Shown here piece after piece: positions 48,020 through 64,000 of a stretch of 64,000 nucleotides of DNA (its first letter is position 1; each line of letters begins with the position of its first letter). Source of the DNA: Chrysomallon squamiferum (taxonomy: Eukaryota; Animalia; Mollusca); assembly GCA_012295275.1 (NCBI GenBank), contig CM022669.1, positions 10,292,001 to 10,356,000 on the forward strand, read 5' to 3'. The notes beneath the pieces were generated by a model that worked only from the letters and a program-made list of their open reading frames with translations, did not search any database and was not told where the DNA came from. Both the position numbers and the translations under genes were made by a program.

Positions 48020-51000
48020 TTTATCCATTTAAAAATCTTTATTTTCTGAACCAGAAGAATGAGTTTGGAGAAATGGAGACAAACAATATTAATAGGTTTT
48101 TGTATTATTATAATTTATTTCCATTTAAAAACAAATAATAATAATAATTTTAAAAAAACTATTCTGATAAAATATGATCATATATGATATACACACTGTT
48201 TTTTACTGGTGTAAAAATCTCACTTTGTAGGTTTGGAGTTATCTTAAATAATTATCACCCCTTACTAATACTATCTTCTAATAAACTGTTGTTGTTTTAA
48301 TGCTGATTTTTACTTTCATTTAATTTCACAAATTTTATTTTCTTATTGAATTTCCTTTGAGAGTTTGTGGTTTATAAAAGAAACTGTTTTTCACAGGATC
48401 ATGTACAGGAATTTTAAACATATCTGGTTTTATTTGTTTTTTAATGTAACTGAAAATTTGTAATGAATATTTTAACATGTTTTTTGTGCAAATGGCTGCA
48501 TTTAACTGCAGCTGGGATTGTTTTTAAAGATCAATATTTCTCTGTCTCATGAATACTATGACTTTGTTGTGTCACTGTTCAGAACACAAGAAGGTTTTGA
48601 AACTATTTTCTACAAAATAAAGTGCTTTTTAAATGTTTTTATTAATGGTTACTCCATTTGATATGAAAATAATAACAATATGTCATTTTTGTGTGTGCGT
48701 GTAAATTGTAACTTTTTTCATGCTGTAGTATATTATTGTTGCTGGTAAGTTATTGTCAAATTACATTGTGAAATGAGTTGTTATTGACATCAAGTAAGAG
48801 ATGTGGAATTGTTGACGTGACTCTACATTAGCTCAACTTTACACCATGTTGTAATATACATGCATGTTGTAGATAAGTCCATTAGCACACTAACAATTAC
48901 TGTTTTCACTTTGAACTGCTCACATGACAATGTAGAATGAAAATTGTCTGAATGTGCACTTGTTTTTGTTTTTCATAAAAAAATTTAAATGTGCAATTCA
49001 GTGGGGATTTTTTTTTTTTTTTTATAATTTGTACATCTACTACTTTCCAAGTTTGTTGTTTTTAAATTAGACTTTAATTCAGTAATCTTGCCATTAAATA
49101 CATTTTAAAAAATTAAAAAATTAACAAATTAAAAGATTTAAATTATATAAAATTAAATTAAAATAAATAACTAAATAACTAAATAAATAAATACATAAAT
49201 AAATTTGTTAAATATAATAAACTTAAATAATATATAAAAAAATAACCTGGAATATTCTGGAACAAACATATTATGGGTTGATTATAAAAATGAATACCTC
49301 TGTTGGTAGAATGTGTACAATTCTAAAAATTTAAAACTTTTCTTTTCTATTATTATGTCACCTTGTCAACCTAAAAATATATATATATATATATAAAATA
49401 ATAATAAAATAAAATAAATAAATAAATAAATAAATAAAAGATGATACCCTAGAATAGTATCATTAAACACTCTATGTTTTAACTAAGATATTTTTAATTA
49501 GTTATAAATATTATCTCCCTTGTATATTGTGTGACCGGTTTTCTCACAAAATATTGTAAAAAGAAATTATCACTCCACATTAATTATAATTAATGTACCA
49601 TACACTGAGGTTTATGTCTTTTTCTCTTTGAAAGAAGAAACGAATCAGATTTTGGTGATATGATCTACAACATAAATGTTGTAAAAACGTGGTGATAATG
49701 TGTCGTACACTTCATGATTATGAATGTTGTTGGTCTCACATGTATTTTAAGTGTGTGATGCTTTTTTTTCTGAACAATGAATTTACCATATTATTTTAAT
49801 CTCTGGGGGGAAAAAAGTTTAAAAAGTGCAGTTGTTATGAATATCCATTAAAGTATGATCAATTTGTTTTAGAAATTTGCATGCAGTTCAAAATATTTAG
49901 TTTTCGAGGTGTTACCAGTATCCATTAAAGTATGTCCAATTTATTTAAATATATCAAAATATTTATTTTTGGAGTAAAGTAAAAATCCATTATGTTGTTA
50001 CTACTGCTTTGGTAATCATTTTTATTTAAATTTTTATTACAAGTAGCCATCTTATTCAAACAGTTTTTTGTTTTTGTATTAATTTAATGACACTTTAACT
50101 AAAACATATTTCAGATTATGGATTATGTATTACCAAAAATGCAGTATTCAGTTTCAGAATATTTGGTATCATTTGGAGCTTGATATTTGTAACATGTATA
50201 AATGAAAACAATAATAATTTTTGGCTAAAAATTCTTTTGTTGAAAATAAATTTACTATTCAGAATGTAATAGTCTTTTCTTTTCAGTTAATGTCTAAAAA
50301 ATTATAATTTTAAAACACATATTGTTACCACATAGTTAAGACTGTCAGAAATTTATTTTTAAATTGGAACTTGTTATAGAAATTTAGAACTGTGATGCAG
50401 ATAGAATAATAATTAGGACGATGTGCATTTGAAGTACAGAAATGCGTAGAAATGATGTATATCGTCATGGCAACAAATAACAAATCAGTCGTGGAACAGT
50501 TCTTGCATCTCTAAGGAGTCAATGTGTGAGAGATGTATCACTTTAGACATTCATACATTGATAGTTTTGAGAAATTACCTTGCTCTGTAGTTTGGCACTG
50601 TGTACTTACACTGTATACTTATATGATGGTAAACAAACAATGACCTCATCAAATGTATGGAGAGACAGAATTAAAAAAGTTGTTCAACGTATGTATTTTG
50701 TTGTTTGTTTTTAAATTGTTTTGTGTCTGTTGTTGTTATTTTTAGTTCAGTATGAAACCTGTAGATTCTAGTTCATTAATAATAATACATAATGACAACG
50801 TTAGAAATAGAGAAACTGAAGTGAGAAGAAAGAGGAAATGAGTGACAGAGAGAGAGAGAGATGGTGAGAGAGCAATGGAAAGAGAAAGAGAGATGATAAA
50901 GGAACTCTGATCATATTTAACTAAATTATATTTATAAATGGAATGTGACACAGGTTTTTCTCCATTAAAAAAAAAAATTAAAAAATCCATCCTCATGATA

Positions 51001-52588
51001 ACCTCTAAATTACAGCATCTATGAGAGGTTCACCTGCAATGCATTTTATCATGTTTTAAATGTATATCAATTTTGTCCTGGTCCTTCATATGCCTGTAGC
51101 AGATAGTGTTGATATAAATGTGCAAGTATGTAGGTAGGTGGATGGGTGGGTGGGTGTGTATGTATATGAAGACTCATAAATATGCATATTTATACATATC
51201 TCAATTCAGATCTATAATCTCACTCTGAATGAATAAAAATATAATTTAACAGCAAAGTACATACACCCACAGAAAAGCGAAAAATAAAATGGAGATGGAA
51301 AAACAAAAAGACAGAGAGAACAAGTGTAAATGTTAAATATTTTTGAGACACTGTCAGCAGACATTAAAGATAACTTAATGATATTTGAGGGTTTCTCTAA
51401 ACCAATGTTGTATGGTTTCTGATGGTAAAATGTACTTTCTATCTTAAATTCTTCTCAATTTTCTTCTTATTATTATTGTTAATTCAAATTATTTAATTAT
51501 TTTTTTATTATTTGTATTCAATCTTCAACAAATATCCAATTTAAAAAAAAAAAATCTGTAATTTATTTTTTTATCTTTGATACTTATATTTGAAACTCTT
51601 ATCTGTGGCTTCAGAAAACACTGATTTGAAATTAAAATATTAATATTATAAATAATGTGTTTTGAAACTCATTATTTTATTCCACTAAACTATTGAACTG
51701 CTGGGAATAAATTTTGACAGCAATGGATTATGATGAAAATCATTTTTCAAATCTGCTGAAAGGATGTTAAATGCAAACTTATACATTCATATATAAATGT
51801 ATTGTGAGATATTGATTACATTATATAAATTATCATAAATTTAAAATCATTCTGAATATTTCTGTGTAAGTAATACAATTTAATCTTGACCTTTGACAAA
51901 AACGAACTATCATTATAAAAATAATAAACCGTCATGGGATTAATTAATTCATATAAATTTTTTTTTTTTTAAAAACACAAAAAAAAAAAAAAAAAAAACA
52001 CAAAAAAAAAATCCCTTTAAGGGAGATAAATCTATATTGACTAATCGATCAAATGACTTCCTGATAAAGGAAAGCCGAAAAATGAAAGTTAAGAAAATAT
52101 TTAAACTTTAAAATTTCGATTTAAAGAAATTTAATAAGACATCGATAATTAATCTTCACTTTTAGAAATGTTTCCTTATTTGTTAATCAGTGTATAATTT
52201 CATTTATAATTTTATATGACAGAAAAATCGGGAAATCAATGTAAGTTATTGTGTATTCACTAGGAACCTATTTTCAGATATTTGTTCTTGTAGTCTTTAT
52301 TTTTTGTATCAGTGAAATTTTTAAGTAATAATAATATTAACAATAATAATTGTTATTACTATCATTATTTTTTTTTTAAATAATAACTGAAATAACTGAA
52401 AAGGAATACGATATTCATTGTTTATGTCCGAGTTCAAAGCAATTCAAAGACTGAACTATCTAGTATTAAAAATCATTTAAATTCGTCTTCGAAATTTATT
52501 TATTTTTATTTTTTTCTCGCTCTATAAATGGTTCTTATTTATTTATTTATTTTTAATAATAATACAATTATTTGTCTATTACAGAAGT

Positions 52589-58742
<6,154 letters not shown>

Positions 58743-60531
58743 AGAACATGCTGGCGTGCAAATCAATTTGTGAAACGTCATCACTGATATTACATATAAA
58801 ACGAGTTTTTATATCAGTGATATTAGGCATAAAAGAAATTTTTATATCAGGTCTGCATCTCAAGAAGAGAAGACCAGTTTAATTCTGCTAATGGTGTCAT
58901 TTTTCTGAAGACGTAACATTTTAATTGATCATGCTGTGTTTACGAGGAATAATGAGACAAAAACACCACAATTATGAAGATTTTACACAATCTACTTGTA
59001 TGCACAAATGTGCATGTTTACATATATACACAATGTTTTTGTAACAGATATCACCATATATTTAATTTTTTGTAACATTAAATATAACTTTAGTATCAGA
59101 AAAATTTTCAATATTTTTTTTTTCTTTTGCTAACTTTATAGCAGTTTATATACATATATATATTAAAAAAATATAATAATCAGATTCAAGCCATACACAA
59201 AAAGAAAAAAAAGAAGTAAGAAATCTTTTGCTTGTAGTATTAATACAATTGTTAAGTTCATGCTTGCAGGAATCAAAAAGCTGATTAAATGGATAATCAC
59301 ACTAACTTAACAAGAGGTACATATCACTGCTACTTGAAATGAATTTATACACACTGCTCCAAGTCTTGAAGACTTTCATTAAATAAATCACAAAAAGGGC
59401 ATTTGGTTTAATTTCATCGATACAATTTATTTGTGTTTAAAATGTACTGTGATACGGTTTCTTTCTTTCCTCCATATTGCTTAATTTTATATTAATGTCA
59501 ACAAAATGCTACTGTAACATTTGCATAATCACCATTAAAACTTTTTGTATCAATGAACGTGTCATTTTATTTTCAACAACAAAATGGTCTTATGACATTA
59601 CTATCAGCACGAGAATTCTTAATGTCATAATGCTGGCATTTAATTTTTTTTGTAAACTGAGTTTTAAATTCCATTTGAATATATTACCTTTAATATGCTT
59701 TATTAACCCATTTGCTGGCCTCAAACTTAAATTGTTAGTCAGTTTGTGACATCGAAGGATGTATTTTCAAACTGTTCCACTTAGGTTATCACAGAGCAGA
59801 AATCAGCTACAGTTAACCTAACTGTGAATGTTGGCCAGCCACATTCATCTGTGACTAATAATAATAAAACAACAATGAACATTTATTGTAAGCTATTATA
59901 AAGAATATTTCTGGCATAGCCTATAAAACCTGGCCTGTGAACCAGTTTGTTGTGAGTTAACTTTGGTGCCATCTCATGCATGTCTTTTCAATGCAAAAGC
60001 TTCTGAATATCAATCAAAAAATCAAATCCCAGGTGATTACAAAATAGTATTCGTTATTTCATGTTGGTTAAAAAAAGCTTTTGTTTTAACCCTTCAAGTG
60101 CTGTGGGGCCAATATTTCAGTCAGTAAAATGCCAGTAAATAATTGCATTAGACATAAAATTCTATCAAATGTAAATTTAAGATTTCCCTAAATTAGCAGT
60201 GTTTCAATAAAACATTGATTTCTTTTATTTGATAACCAAAATTCCCAGAGTTGTGTGATCAAAACACTAAGTTTGGGATGTTATTAGAATTTAAAAACTA
60301 ATTTGGCAATCCAGCTGTATAGCTTATAAATTAGCAAGATTACTTTAGGATATTTTGCCAAAATCTGCATAAACCTATACATCACTTTAATACATTCTTG
60401 TGATATAATGAAATGAACAATTTTTTTTTTTTTTTTTTTTTAATAACCATTCAGAAAGGCTGAACCGTAAATCCATTGCAGAATGCATTCATCAAACGGA
60501 AAAACACAACAAACTGAGACTGAATGTTCAT

Positions 60532-63676
<3,145 letters not shown>

Positions 63677-63679
<3 letters not shown>

Positions 63680-63745
63680 GTTTAATGTTTTTACCGGAAA
63701 AGGACGAGCTTCAGCGGAACGATTTAATGCGACTGCGCATAGGTA
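63677..63745 (-). promoter_or_regulatory. RPS15: RPS15 first exon and core promoter: TCT/5'TOP initiator
   Basis: Minus strand reads cgTCCTTTTCCggtaaaaacattaaacATG|gtagga; pyrimidine tract at 63696-63704 is typical of ribosomal protein TSSs; ETS-like CCGGAA and TGCGCA nearby. Confidence 0.85.
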
Positions 63746-64000
63746 AGATACAACCTGGTAAACACCAATCAATTACTTACAAAGAATGAATGTTGTACAT
63801 AAATAATTAATTTAAAATAAAAACAACAAAAACAAAAGTTATCATGTGGAGGCTGTTTGTTCTAAATAAATATGAAAATATGTAAATTTTAAAACTATAA
63901 TTATATATAACGTTTTATTTTGCATTTTATATTAACATATTATATTTAAATGAATTAATTATACCTTTACTTCAGTATTTACTTTTAATTAACTATATAC

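Noticed and set aside
60420-60441. Retrocopy poly(A) tail after RPS15
   Set aside because: The gene has four introns; this is one of many genomic homopolymer runs

Overview
AT-rich, microsatellite-dense animal genomic DNA, probably a mollusc or other lophotrochozoan (inferred from protein style and composition). It holds three intron-containing genes, each assembled by hand into a phase-consistent GT-AG model. (1) MEF2 on + has 8 coding exons at 25037-45102 (454 aa), a ~25 kb upstream regulatory region and a probably long 3' UTR. (2) Geranylgeranyltransferase type-I beta subunit (PGGT1B) on + has 9 coding exons at 52589-58742 (357 aa). (3) RPS15 on - has 5 coding exons at 63679-60532 (151 aa) and a 5'TOP start. 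Two non-autonomous DNA transposons are present: a Tigger/pogo-like MITE with a TA TSD, and a 1.57 kb element with ~470-bp TIRs and a TTTA TSD. The most notable observations are a duplicated pair of structurally supported H/ACA snoRNA candidates in one RPS15 intron, a CaaX box (CFLI-stop) on the GGTase-I beta subunit itself, a V65C change in the MEF2 domain, a decayed duplicate of a PGGT1B exon, and several degenerate tandem arrays around MEF2 that each repeat one transcription-factor motif. Almost all long ORFs in the supplied track are microsatellite artefacts.
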